From Macrostomum lignano (Eukaryota), in assembly GCA_002269645.1 (NCBI GenBank), contig NIVC01000024.1:744001-808000 (forward strand): a stretch of 64,000 nucleotides of DNA, in the 5' to 3' direction. Every line of letters starts with the position of its first letter. The stretch's first letter is position 1. The position numbers and the translations under genes were made by a program. Of this stretch, positions 10,742-24,400 are shown one piece after another. Below the pieces are notes generated by a model, which saw nothing but the letters and a program-made list of their open reading frames with translations, did not search any database and was not told the DNA's origin.

Positions 10742-13054
10742 CTAAAGACTTAAAGTATGCGGCCGCAGGCCGTGGGACTTGTAGAAGTCGATGATGCCGG
10801 GAGCTTTATCCGAGTGGTGTCGCTGCGTGCCCACCCACTCCATCATGAGCACGGACACTTTGAAGCGCTTGAAGACTTTGGCACTGGTAGCTTTGACCAG
10901 CCACTCCTGAGATTCCATGTCGACCTTCACAACGAGCTCACTAACGCCGGAGAAGCAGCCGTCTCCGATGACGATCGCGTCAAGTGAAGCCGTTCGCACG
11001 TTGATCGAATCAGCTATCCTGGAGTCACCTTTGCTCGCGGGGCCGCCACCTCCAATGTTACAATCGCTGGGCAGGAGCATGTTCATCTTGAGGTTGCTCT
11101 TCAGATCAAGGGCGTTCCAGTACACCCGCACTCTGTCCTGAAAGCCGTTCGCTGCCACCGAGGCGAATAGGCGGATGGAGTTCTGCAGAATTCAAAATTG
11201 GATTGCGGTGAGGGTAAACGTTTTTTCAAGTGAACAGACCAATTTAACATGAAAAATCGATTAATGCGTCGTTAGAGCAGCATGTGAGGCACAAAATAGT
11301 GTGATTAGAACTTTCTCTGACACTGTTAAGAGACCCAATCACTGTTTTAGTGTTGAAAATCGTGAAATTACCTATCTCCGTAGTGTATTTTTCCGGCGAA
11401 ACATGCCTTTAAAACTATTTCTGAACAAAAAGCTCTATAAATATCGATAGAGCAATAAGAAAGGCACAACATATCAAAAGATAAACACTGGATCTGCCTC
11501 CTATCGAAAGCAATAACAATTTTTGTGCAGAAGAAAATTAAAACCTCCCATCTCTGTAGTGTATTTTTCGGCGAAAAGTTGCCTTCAAAAAACATTTACC
11601 ATAGATTTCGAGTGTTGCGTCCCATATATATGCTACTTGAGTAGTCCTTGTGAAGATAGCAATCCGGCTCGCTGACGTAAAAAAGGTCTCTCGACCCCTA
11701 ATTTGTGGTGTCTAGCCACAACATAGCCAGCTGGTTTACCTGGTAGAAGGCGTCGATCGCCACTGCCTGGCGACCCATCTGCGCAGCGTGCAGACTGTAG
11801 ACTCCCAGCTGGCTGCCGACGTCCAGCAGCCCTGCGCCCGGCAGCAGCTCCAGAGCCTTACGAATGAAGTGCGTCTGCTCCGGCTCCCACGAGTTTTTGC
11901 TGATGATGTCCTGTGAGATTAAGTCCCAGGAAGGGTGAACCATCATGGTGATGTAACCGGTAGGATGTCTCAGACGGGCCCTTTTGAACTCGCTGCGGTC
12001 CAGATGGGCGATTGTGCCGATGCGGCAGATGGCCGGGTTCGCATTCAAGATGCAGCTCTTGTCCAGCTGCAATGTTCGCAATTTAAAAAAGCATTGATCT
12101 TTCAAGTGGAGCTCTTTTAAAGCTACTCGCAAGCCATGAAGCTTTTTGAAAATCTTCACTTTGAAATGAAAGAACTTTGAGTCGCTTGAGCACGACGTGT
12201 TCCTATTAAATATTTTCACCAATACGATCATATTTTAAAGTCGATTGGTCCTCGCCACGAGTAACGCACCACCTGAAACTCACCGCCTTTTGCAAAAATT
12301 TCACTTTGAAGCAGGTCGTTTTCTGCGTTGCTCGCTTTGTTGGGACGCCTGATCGTAGAGGACTGTCCGCTGCTACGGTCTGGGCGGCTTTTGGAAATTG
12401 GGTGATTTGGGAGCTTTCAGCGGCCTTTAGTGAGACTTTATTGGCAAAGGTGTGGTTTGCAGAAGCTTTGACACCAGAGGCTTGGGAGCCAGTCGCTCTG
12501 ACACCAGAGGCTTGGGAGCCAGTCGCTGTGACACCAGAGGCTTGAGAGCCAGTCGCTCTGACACCAGAGGCTTGGGAGCCAGTCGCTGTGACACCAGAGG
12601 CTTGGGAGCCAGTCGCTCTGACACCAGAGGCTTGGGAGCCAGTCGCTCTGACACCAGAGGCTTGGGAGCCAGTCGCTTTGACACCAGAGGCTTGGGAGCC
12701 AGTCGCTTTGACACCAGAGGCTTGGGAGCCAGTCGCTTTGACACCAGAGGCTTGGGAGCCAGTCGCTTTGACACCAGAGGCTTGGGAGCCAGTCGCTTTG
12801 ACACCAGAGGCTTGGGAGCCAGTCGCTTTGACACCAGAGGCTTGGGAGCCAGTCGCTCGTACACCAGAGGCTTGGGAGCCAGTCGCTTTGACAATTATCG
12901 AAGAGGCTCCAAACGCTTCAGATTTCGAGACCCGGATGTTGCTAGGGCTATATTTTATTCCAGATCCCGATACCAGACTGTACAGATGCGAGCCGAGAAG
13001 AAAAACAAGCACACAAACAATTAGAAACTGAACAGCCTTTCTGCGCCTCATCAT
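10742..13054 (-). CDS. Type II membrane FkbM-family (Methyltransf_21-like) SAM-dependent methyltransferase, 3 exons; C-terminus probably disrupted
   Basis: Exons 13054-12284, 12066-11740 and 11182-10742, joined by in-frame phase-0 GT-AG introns (FLQKA|LDKSC; AFYQ|NSIRL). N-terminal RRRK + hydrophobic anchor and repeat stem; motifs LLDVGSQLGVYSL, AIDAF, VKVDMESQE. An out-of-frame KSWPWDIFWATKEFAAKKV* tail ends at 10663. Confidence 0.75.
12470..12890 (-). repeat. Coding 30-bp minisatellite, 14 copies of (K/R/T)ATGSQASGV
   Basis: Direct count in the translation of ORF 12206..13057. Confidence 0.95.
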
Positions 13055-13726
13055 CACCTGCAGTGTTGATGGGCTGGTTCAGTAATATTTCTGTGTGGCA
13101 AAACTTTTTCGTACATTTGCAGATTGCCTGTAAACGCTACTACTCACAAAGCTGAGATGCCTGAACATTGTTCAATAGTTTAAGGCCGGAAGTTCAACAA
13201 TTCAATTCGAGGTCTGTCGCAGCTTGAGGAGTTACTAGTAAATTCTGGTGCTCCCACAAGCAAGCAAGTTTCAGCTAGCTTTTGCTTCACTTGATCTGCG
13301 AACTGCTTGGCTTGTTTTTCTAAGAATTGATATTAACTACCAGTAAAAAGTGTCTGAAAGAAAATAAAAAACCCAAGACGTCCAACCTCCCAAGGCACGT
13401 AGAGTGAGTGAGCAGCATGCTCAGTTTTCCATTTGCATTCAGAGCTGAACTGGGGCGGCCCTGCTTGCTCGCTCGGAATTCCGAAGGCGATTTATTTGTC
13501 TATGCAGATGGACTGATGTGAGAAATATAATGCGAGTGTTATTGACTTATTTCAGGTTCATGTATTGACATTTAAGCTCCTGTTTCAGCTGCTTATTTTT
13601 ATGCAGCCTGACCAGGGTTTTCCGCTCCAGGATGAATAGCATTCGCTCAAATTTTAGCAATAAAGGCTGCGAATATTTCAATGTCGGTTTTTGCAGTCAG
13701 TCCATCTTACATGTATCTGCGTATAA

Positions 13727-14265
<539 letters not shown>

Positions 14266-14394
14266 GCGTATGTACACTCAGGTATCTGACCCTGACTGTC
14301 AGTCATAGCTAACTTTAATGCTAATCTGGAGGGAGTCGAGCTAGAGTTAAGACGCAGGATGGAGAAATTTTAAGTTGTTTAAACTGGAATAGAA

Positions 14395-14556
14395 TATGTC
14401 GAGTCGCCATACACACCCTCAATAACCCCAGCTAATGGGTGAACTGACGCAATGCAGAGTTAAGTGTCTTGCTCAAGGACGCAAATTGTTCCAGTGGAGT
14501 CGGGAATCGAACCCATGACCTTCAAGTTGTTGAGTCCGACGCTCTAACCACTAGTA
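14395..14556 (-). mobile_element. tRNA-derived SINE copy
   Basis: Minus-strand head TAGTGGTTAGAGCGTCGGAC...GGTTCGATTCC (Pol III A/B boxes) and a body containing gttaagtgtcttgctcaagg (plus strand); related to the copy at 30685-30833. Confidence 0.65.
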
Positions 14557-15287
14557 TAACTCGTACAACCTAAGAAGACGGTAAAGCAAACTTAAATTGC
14601 AAAGTTGCAAACAATTGAAATGGTTTTAATTTTTTGAAAAATATGCTATATAACTTTGGAGTTGTTTTAGTCTCAGTTGGATCGGTGAAAACTGCTTAGA
14701 GACGACTGCAGAAGTGCTCGGAGATTAGGGGTGATCTGCTCAGGGATTACACAAAAAAGTGCTGGTGAACCATTGCTAAACTGTAGAAACTAAGGGCTGT
14801 CGATGGCGAGCTTAAACAAAAAAAACAGTAGACACTAGACAGCCAGACCAGCCAGACTATTGGAAACTCGTCGACTGGGTATTTAAGTTTCAGTTTTTTC
14901 ATACATACAAAAATCAACAGAAAATGATCAACTCTTTAGGACTGCTAGACAGCTCACGGAGTACAGCAGAATCGCATTCTCTTCATGACAAATGCACTGA
15001 GAGCTTTAGCAACAACAGAAAGGTAAATAAAAAGGAAGAAAAGCGCTTTGAGCGTCTTTACTTGTTTTGCAAGCATCGATATTTGCGTAGGAATTTATTT
15101 GTTCGCTGGCTTCTGCTTACTCACCTGTAAGTGGCTTTTAAAAGGCTGATGTAACAAAACTTTTATGCCATGGCAACGCGGACTGGTCGCAAATCAGATA
15201 CTCGTAAATTCCCGACTGTCTACAATGGAAGAGTTTTTTTGGTAACTGCGTGCTCTTTGTCTGTGCTCAACATTTAGAGACAATATA

Positions 15288-16037
15288 ATGCAAGTGCTTC
15301 TGATTTTAAGTGCTCAACTGCTCTGGGCTTCAGCTCAGCCGTGCCCCGCTCCATTCCACCTCGAGGCCGGCAAGTGCCTGTTCGTGAGCACAGCTCAGAG
15401 CCGCACCTGGTGCTCAGCAAATGAGCAGTGCAAATCTATCGGAGGCGAGCTCGTCAACTCGCACGACTCCATCAAGCTGCTACTCGGTCGAAATATTTCC
15501 AGTGCCACTTTCACTGTGCAGTTTCCAGTCCAGTTCCACTGCGGCTGCGACCTGTGGATCGGAGTGAGCGACTTGGCCGATGAGAGAGGCGGCAGCAGGG
15601 CCGGCTGGCAGAGGGTCAACGGAAACGGCCTGCTCCGGGATGACAACTCCATGTACTTATCATACAATCCTACTGGCTCAACAGGAGAAAACTGCCTGCG
15701 CATCAGGAGGGATGTCACTCTTGGTGACAAAAGGTGCCACTCTGTTCTCGGCTTCGTGTGCGAGTTTGTGAGTGGGACAGCCCGGCACCCTGCTACCGGA
15801 GTCTGGAAGGCCGCTGACTTCAAGCGAGTGCTGCACAACTCTGTGTACTGCTTCAGCGATGTGCCGAATGTGAGCAGCGCCATGAGATGCACTGCAGCCG
15901 GCATGCGTGCGGCCAGCTGCAGACACGTGCTGTACAACAGCAAGCTGAGAGCCTGCCGCCTGCTGCTGTTCACCGACGCTCAGGTGGAGGCGGAGATCGA
16001 GACGAGCGCCGACTGGGTCAAGCTCAGCGTGCACTGA
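15288..16037 (+). CDS. Secreted C-type lectin + PAN/apple-like protein (paralog 4), 249 aa
   Basis: Open ORF with signal peptide, WCSANEQCKSIGGEL, LWIGVSD, NPTGSTGENC, LGDKRC and the conserved C-terminal module. Confidence 0.85.
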   Translation: MQVLLILSAQLLWASAQPCPAPFHLEAGKCLFVSTAQSRTWCSANEQCKSIGGELVNSHDSIKLLLGRNISSATFTVQFPVQFHCGCDLWIGVSDLADERGGSRAGWQRVNGNGLLRDDNSMYLSYNPTGSTGENCLRIRRDVTLGDKRCHSVLGFVCEFVSGTARHPATGVWKAADFKRVLHNSVYCFSDVPNVSSAMRCTAAGMRAASCRHVLYNSKLRACRLLLFTDAQVEAEIETSADWVKLSVH

Positions 16038-17704
16038 GCACATCTTGGATAATACAATTATTTAAGAATTCCTACCCAGCTAACTTTTATGCTTGTATAT
16101 GACGCAAAACGTCATGAGCTTTGGATAAAATTCTGGTAAATGTGATGAAGACAGATCTTTAGTTTTAGGCCAATATTTAATCTACATAGTCATAGTCGGA
16201 TAGTCATCAGTTATAAGTACATGTACCAGTATCCCGGTATGTGTCTACTAGCATATAGCGACCTATATTTTGGAACTCAAATCTGCAGGTTGGAACCAGC
16301 ATCCTTATATCTTTATTATTGTTCTGATTATTATACAAAAAATATTTTTTGTTTCATAATAAACGTTTCATATTCTGTGGCAAATGGACGCTGTTACTCA
16401 ATATTATTGCAGTCATGCCTTGAAGAGCAAGAATAAAGAATTTCGGCTTCTAAAATTTGCGTAATATTCTTTATTTAACTAATAACCACTTTGGCAATAA
16501 TTTAACGTGACTGAATTGTTTTTTCTCTGATAGGCACTCGGTGAGTGGCTGCAGTTGCTGGCAATGATGGAGAGATTCTCGATGCCACCTGATTAAATAA
16601 AGTCTTATGCGTATTAAGAGGGCGCAGAACGCAACCCCGGTTCGTTACGTTAATTTGAGGCTTGTGCAGGAAACTTGGAAACTTGGGAATTCACAGTGAA
16701 ATTCACATGAAAATTTCCTGCTTTCTCACAATAGAATGACCCCAAGAAAGTTGTGTGCATTTGAACAACAACAACAATAACAACAAACACTGTCAGTTCT
16801 TACAGAAATCAGCGTCTCAGGGTGCGAATGTAGACCGCATGCCGCCGACCGAGTCTGTGGCCCTGGCGTCATCCGGCATGCAGCGTCAGTAGCAGCACCT
16901 CCTGCACAGGCTGTGGGTAGTGTGACTCGGCGCGAATGATGTGGCCTGCCAGCTGGAGTCACCAACGGCGCAGCGGGTCACTTAGGCGGACCAAGCCGGC
17001 CCGACGATAGAGGCCCGTGTTGGTCGTCACCGATCTTGAAGGCAGCAGGCCAAGAGTGCGCCTCCTCAGCTTCGAAGTTACAACGCCGTCCTCAGTAGGT
17101 CAGGTAGAGCGTCAGGCTGCGGGAGTTCCCTAACAGAACGAAAGGCAGCCCAGGCAAGCTCGTGACGACGTCAGCAATTGGGAGTAATTGGAAGTACAAT
17201 CTACGATGTAAATACTTACAATGGTTTTATTAGAAAAAAAATGAATTTGTAAACGCCGTCTACATAGGCATATGAAACATACATGAAGTTACAAGAAGCA
17301 TAAGAGGGCTTAGCTCTCTTAATATCAGGTGTTATCCATGTCTTGCTGGTATTTGAAATCAAGTTCCTAGGCCTCATGTTACTTTTTTAGTGAACGATTC
17401 CTTGTTAGATATCGGGTATGTTTCCCGTGACAACTACTACTATAGACAGCGACTGCCACCTTCAGAAATTCCAGTCGTCACGTACTGACGTACTGACGAA
17501 CTCACGTACTGTATGCGAACCAAGGCAATGACTGAATGGTTCCTGGTCAATAACAGTTGGTTTGAAACTATTGATATTAATTGCTCCGAATTTTGGAAAC
17601 GTGGCAATTAACCTAAACCACTTCACTTGACAACTACGTACATGTAGACCAGCTAAGTGCCTACTTTATAACCGTAATACTAGGTAATTTATTGTTAGAA
17701 TCAA

Positions 17705-18428
17705 ATGAAGTCTCTGTTGCTCCTCTGCATCCTGAGTTATCAGCTGCTCTGGGCGTCAGCTCAGCCGTGCCCCGCTCCGTTCCGCCTTGAGGCCGGCAAA
17801 TGCGTGTTCGCGAGCACAGTTCGAAACTATAGCTGGTGCTCACCGAATCGGCAGTGCGCATCGATCGGAGGCGAGCTGCTCAACTCGCACAGCTCATTGA
17901 AGCTGCTGATCGAGCAGCATGCCGAGTGTCAACTGCGGCTATTTGCTTTGGCTCGGCCTGATAGACCTGGCCCAGGAGAGAGGCAGGAGCAGGAGGGGCT
18001 GGCAGAGAGTCTACAGCAACGGAATCCTGCCACTGGACAGTGCCCTGTGGGCTTCGGGCGACCCTAACAACGAAGGCGGCAACCAGAACTGCATCACTCT
18101 GCCAGCTTCAGGCTTTCGAATGTTTGATCTGCACTGCTCAGGCCTGGCTGGATTTACCTGCGTCGGCGGACTGATATCGCAACCTCTGTCAAGCAGCTCA
18201 TTGCAGCGGACTCCGTTCAAGCGCACCAGCTACAACCCCAACTCCGAGTTCTGCCACGCTGACCTGCTGCAGGTGAAGAACGCAATGCACTGCGTGGCAG
18301 CCGGCATGCGTGCGGCCAGCTGCAGACACGTGCTGTACAACAGCAAGCTGAGAGCATGCCGCCTGCTGCTGTTCACCGACGCTCAGGTGGAGGAGATGAT
18401 CGAGACGAGCGCCGACTGGGTCAAGTAG
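17705..18428 (+). pseudogene. C-type lectin + PAN paralog 5 with one frameshift at ~17905-17925 (pseudogene or assembly indel)
   Basis: The N-terminal half (ORF 17705..18067) and C-terminal half (ORF 17919..18428) are each collinear with the paralogs but lie in different frames. Confidence 0.7.
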
Positions 18429-21400
18429 TGACTCCCGATGACTATTTAGCCCATATAATCTCAATCCTGCCAATATGCTGAGAAAGCTGAGAAACACTGC
18501 TACCGTCAAACAAAAGCCCAGAGAATACAGTGGAAGAATTCTGTAGCAAATTTTTAGTTGCTGTGAAAACCGCGTATGAAGCACACATGTACATGCCTGC
18601 CAGGCAGCTGTTCAAACGTTCATCGCTAGATTGGTACCGGAAAGAAGCAGCTATTGAGGAAAGTGAGATGTCAGTCTACTGCAAAACTGAATACATTGTA
18701 ACTGACAAGCACTCCAGCTGAAGAGATGGTAGTTAAATACCGTAGGAGCTGACAAATGACAATGAGAATGAGCAGATGGTAGAGCTAAAGGATAAATGCG
18801 CGTCAATTAAATGCGACCTATATCCGTACTACTATCTGCTTCTATTGATACATTATATGAAATCTTCGTTAGAAAACGTGACGTCATACGTCTGTTGATT
18901 AACTTCGATTTTTCTGGGGCTAAATATATGAAATAAAAAGAAATCAATATTTCTGTGAAAAGTGAAACTTCCATTGCATAAAAACTATATAAAATATAAC
19001 AGTGTAACATGTTGACGTGCATGCTAAATTAAAGTAATTATGGTAATATTCACATGCGCCAGATCAAATGCAATCATTGATTTTCTAATGAAAAATGATT
19101 TTTCCCTTTCTCCCCACTGTATTTTTTCAGGAAATCGATTAAAAAATTTACACGATCTTTGAGTTTTACGTCCAAGGACTACTACACAAAAGACTAGTTG
19201 TTTACGTCCTGTTATACTAAAGTGGTCCCTTGTGACACATACGAGTGGGCAAACATATGTGACAGTGTGTAGTTCGTAGAAGTGTGTACCCTATATGTGT
19301 ATATGTGTACCGTATTTCCTTATCTCGCATTCATACCGTACTACTTGTATTCTCTAATTTATTTTAACAATATTCTATACGTATTAATTATCGCGCTTAT
19401 GTTACTGTTAAGTGCTTTGTTTTTGTCGCCTCGTATGTATTTATTTTATTATTTGTATATCACCGCTACACAAACCGTCTTCCCGCCTTTATTCGTCACA
19501 CATAATACAGCCTGGTAACTAAGCCTCGTCAAAAATTAAAAACGGAAACACAGATTGCTAAAACAATTGGCAAAGATACTTATTTATAGAAAAAACATTG
19601 GCTCCAGCTGAGAGGGACATAACCCCTTTGTCCTCCCCCTGGATTGGCCACTGGCTAGTAGTGTCCACGGGCCGGGCTAAAAGATTCTATTTTGATGTGC
19701 TGGTTAGGCCGGAAAAATTAGAAGCATTTGATTTTTATTAATATATTTTTCGACCTTTCTTACACATATGAAACAAAAAACAATTTTTATTTTACTACAA
19801 TTTCACAAGAACTTAACAAAATCAACTTTGTTAGGTCACAACAAAATAGTAAACATACTTAGTTTAAACCTTAAGTCTGCCGTTTCGCGGAAACGTCGTT
19901 GAAAAACTTTTTTTTGACAGCCTTACGTTCTAGCTCGCTTAGTGTCGTATGAGTAGTTTTAGTTTAGTGTTAAAATTGTGCAAATTTTATTAGCTATTAG
20001 ATTAAAAATGTTTTAACCCATAATTACCTCTCTCAGGGTTTAAAGGGCTCCAATATACAAGAAGTTACAATGCCTCTTTTTCCAAAACTTTGAATACTAA
20101 CTAATACTCTACTCTTACTTTCTACTACATCTACATGACTACATAACTACACTATGATTACAAATAAGCAATATTTATAATATAATGTTATTGATAATGC
20201 AATTAGCACACTATCTGAGCTTTTGTTATTGTAAAAAGAAGGGTACAAGTAGTACAGTACTACCCACCCACCAAAATTTCAAAAATTTCAAGTTTGTGTT
20301 TTAATTTAAATCTAAATAACTTAGGCCCTATCCCAAACCTAATACCTAAATGCATTGTGTAGAATTTTAGGTGCAATTGCACCTAAAATATTATCCTAGG
20401 TGCAAATTTAGTTTTTTGTACTAGGCCTATAATTATAAAGCTTCAACCTATTTTTTTTAAATTGCAACACTAAACTTGAATCCTATGCCTATTTATTTTT
20501 TAAGCATCAGAACAGGGTAGAGACTTAAAAGATCTCAAGTTTTGCCAATCCTGGGATTCCTAAACTTCAAAAACCCGGCAATCCTAAAGATTCCTGCATT
20601 TAATTATTTTACGGAATTAAAGCAATCCAATCAAAAAAGTCTACTGGCACTACTGGTTGGGAATCTTCAGGATTGCCAAAAATCCTAGGATTCTTAAGAT
20701 TGGGATATCCTAGACTTTGCCAATCTTGGGATCTCAACAAATTGCCTTAATTGGGCCAGGATTCTGGGATTAAAAAAGTTTTCAATCCAATTCAATTTCA
20801 ATAATAAAATTAAAGTAGAATAAAATAATTTGCTAACAAAAAGCTTTAAATAAATATGATATTTAGTAGGGGGGCTTAGGCTAATCTAATAGACATACTT
20901 TTTATACTAGTATCAGCTCAGGAAAATCACACTTGATTATAATATAATCTAAAGAATATAGCCCAATATGGAAATCTTGCACAAAAGTTGTTACGCATTT
21001 GTGCGCACTTGTCAAATTTTTGCACACTTGTGTGCTAAAAAGGAGCCTATTTGTATACTCTTAAAGGTGTGTGTGTGCTCCATCATTTATGCTTGCAAAG
21101 AAGCTGTTTGCCGCAGAATCACAGACAGGATTTGACTTTTACATGCATTCACAATTCACATGGTTATGTGCCATGTAGTGTATGTGCGCTCAAGTTCTCT
21201 TATTTTTCATAGTCCAGAAGGTTGTTTTTACGCTGGATAATTTTAAACAAAATTAAAACAAAGAATAATAGTTTTTAGCAAAGACAGTTACTTTAAAGTT
21301 TAGTGAAACTCTTATAATTTTTAAAGAATATTTTCTTAAAAAATTATAGTTTTCAAGCTACTTTACACTTAAAGTACAACTTTCTAATTTATGTTGGTGT

Positions 21401-24400
21401 AAGAATTGAAAAACTAGAAATTTCATTTTTTAGTACATGGGCCCTCCATAATCTGCAGTATGACTTATTTACAACTGGCATGCACACTTGCGCGCTGCTC
21501 CAAAAACGTGCACGCGTATTTTCCTACCCCCGAGTAAGAATTCTATCCTGGCCTATAGCCTGAGGTACTGATACTAGGCCTAAGGTAGCAGGGGATTAGA
21601 CCTTTCCCTCCTAAAGGCATTAGCTATTGGCTTTAGCCCTAGATAGAGAAATAGTTAGCTTAGGTTGTAATCTAATAGCAAGGTCCCACTGCTCTAACCC
21701 CAACTATAGCCAATGAGTTTTGAAGGTTAGGACTACATAAAGTATATATAGTTCTGCTATTACTCTTATGCTAAGCATCTAAAAGGTATCTTAATAGTAC
21801 TGAGAATAAGGTCTTTTACATAGAAGGGCTTTTTATCTATGCAAGGTCAAGACCCTCTGATTTTAGCTAGGTTAAGGCCTAAAGATAGAGGGAAAGTTCA
21901 AATAAACAATGATTTGACTCCCATCTAGCAAGCTATAGCACTAGGATTGCAAATAATGAGGAATTGGCCTCTATTGCTTTAGGCTCTATACACAAGTTAT
22001 AGGATAATAATTAGATTAGTCTGTAAATATCATATGCATATAGTTCCACATATCCTGATTGCAGCGCATGGGCATTTTGGCGGACGGCGTCCGGCGCGGA
22101 TCTAATACGGCGCGGCGCGGCGCATACGCGCGCGGCGATTAGTACGGCGCGGCGCAGTACTAATTAGATGCCGAGGCATTTAGGCTTGATAAGACAGTCA
22201 TAGTTACTCCTGCCGTTTACCCAAAACTGCGTTAATTTTGCTTTAGGTTTCTTTCACAGGTAAGTCATTTCACAGCGTGGCGCAGGTTGTGTAGGCGTCT
22301 GGCGTACTTAAGCCATGCGCTGCAATAGGGCCACATATATTGATGTGACATAGGGTGATGGTCATTTTGTCAACTGGCATTTCATCAACTCAGTTGACAA
22401 AGTGACCAAAGTGTTAGGGCGACTTTGCTAGGGATTGACAAAGTGACCAATGCTAGGTCCTTCCCATTTGCTTGTTGACAAAGTGACCAAAATTTTCATT
22501 CTCTGAATGATACATGTATGTAACTGATATAGCTACATAATCTTGTATAGCTTACAATTATTGTTATATTGATGGCTTGTTTTATTAATTGCCTTATTTT
22601 TTTAAAAATGATCAAATTTTGCAATTTTGCAATACCAGACTGCATGTCTATTAGGTTAAATGTTTCAATGCAAATATTCTAGGCTTATGTAAATGCATCA
22701 CCCATGCACACTCATACCCACATATGCTTCTGGGCATTAATGAATCTTGAGTATTTATGTGTTATGCAACCATGCATGCGACTACATAACATGGGTATCT
22801 CTCCTATCAAAACGCATCCAGGATTGCTATAAAGTCCTAATTCCTACCCCTAATTCCTACCCCTCCACTCCACTGTGCACAGCCAACCAAAGCCCCCATA
22901 GCAAATCTTGATATCCAGTAATGCTCTTGATCGGAGTATATATAAATTACGATAATTCATATGCGCTCATCAATCAATCATGCCGTACATGGATAAGGCA
23001 TTTCACTCCCTGTCATGCTTAAAACTAAAATGTACCATGCAATATAAGAAGGCACAGGCAAACACACAAACCAAGCAATATTGGGTGCAGTACCACAGCA
23101 GCATACTCTTGATTTGTGCATTCCTGCTTATGTAGCTGCACAAGACTTGGCCATATGCCTAAAGCCTAGTGCTTTTACGTGTAGGGTCAACAAACTTTTT
23201 ACCCCAAGGGCCAAATTGAGAACCTAGTACAATGACTGCCCTTCTGGGTCCACTTTGCTGGGCCCCTAAGCAAAATGCACCTAGGAGTCCTTGATGATTG
23301 CAAGTCAAAAGAGGGAGAGAGGATAAGGGAATAGAGAGGAGAAATATGAGCTGGCACATACATGCGCAACAGTCGGCCGAGTCGGCCGATCCGGCCGACC
23401 GATTTGGCGGCCAACCAAGGAAGTTGCAAAAATGCCCACCCAAAAAAATACCTAAGTAGTAGTACTAAGTAGCTGACGAGGCATTTTGACTTTATAAGAC
23501 AGTCATAGTTACTCCTGCCGTTTACCCAAAGTTGCGTTAATTTTGCGTTAGGGTTTTTTACATGTAAGTCGCATTTTTTGGCCAAAAACTACGTCGCATT
23601 TTTGTTAAAAACTAAGTCGCATGGCCGACCGAATTTTGGAGGTTGCGCATGTATGAGCTGGCATACTCGTAGAAGAAAAGAGAGGTGAAAGAATAAGGAT
23701 AAGAGAGTATGCAATTGAGAGGAGAGATAAAATAGGAGAGGATCGATTGAGAGGAAAGGAGAGACAAAATAGAAGAGAGAGGAAAGGAGAGGATTAAGAG
23801 AGGAGGGAAGGGCAAAGAATGGAGAAGAAAAGGAAGAGGAGAGGACAGGTGAGAGAAGAGAGCTAAGAAGAGACACAAACATTGAGCAGTCCAGATTTCT
23901 ATTGTGAAGATTCAAAGGACCCAAGGGCTGGGTAGAGAGGCTTTTGATGACCCCTGTTTTAGTATTTAGCCCTTTCCTTCTCCTTTGGCACCTCTGATCA
24001 AAATTTCGAGTCTGCCACAATCCCAAGACTTAAACTGCTGCAGGCACTGCAACCAGAATCACTAAAATGCCATCAGCTAAAAGAATAAAGATCCAGCACC
24101 AAGAGATCCAGAAAATTACTGGTCTTGCCCTTGCAATTTTCATTCATTTGAGATATCTATATGATTATATACTAAATAAATTAGTCAAGGACCACTGAAG
24201 TCACTTTAAGTGCAGTCCTTGAAATGAGTGCAGTACAGTTGCACAATGTTTGAATTAGTTGAAAATTTGAGCATTTTCAGGCTTTTGGCTACTCCAACAC
24301 AGAATTGAATATTGGTCTGGTTGTGTCATAATGCCACAAACTGATATAACAGCAGGAGTTTGGGTGCCCTTATAGATTAGAAGAAATTATGTGCAGTGCC

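Noticed and set aside
14498-14556. tRNA gene (also 30770-30833)
   Set aside because: A and B boxes are present, but no complete cloverleaf is evident and both heads run into a shared non-tRNA body, so they are better explained as SINEs.
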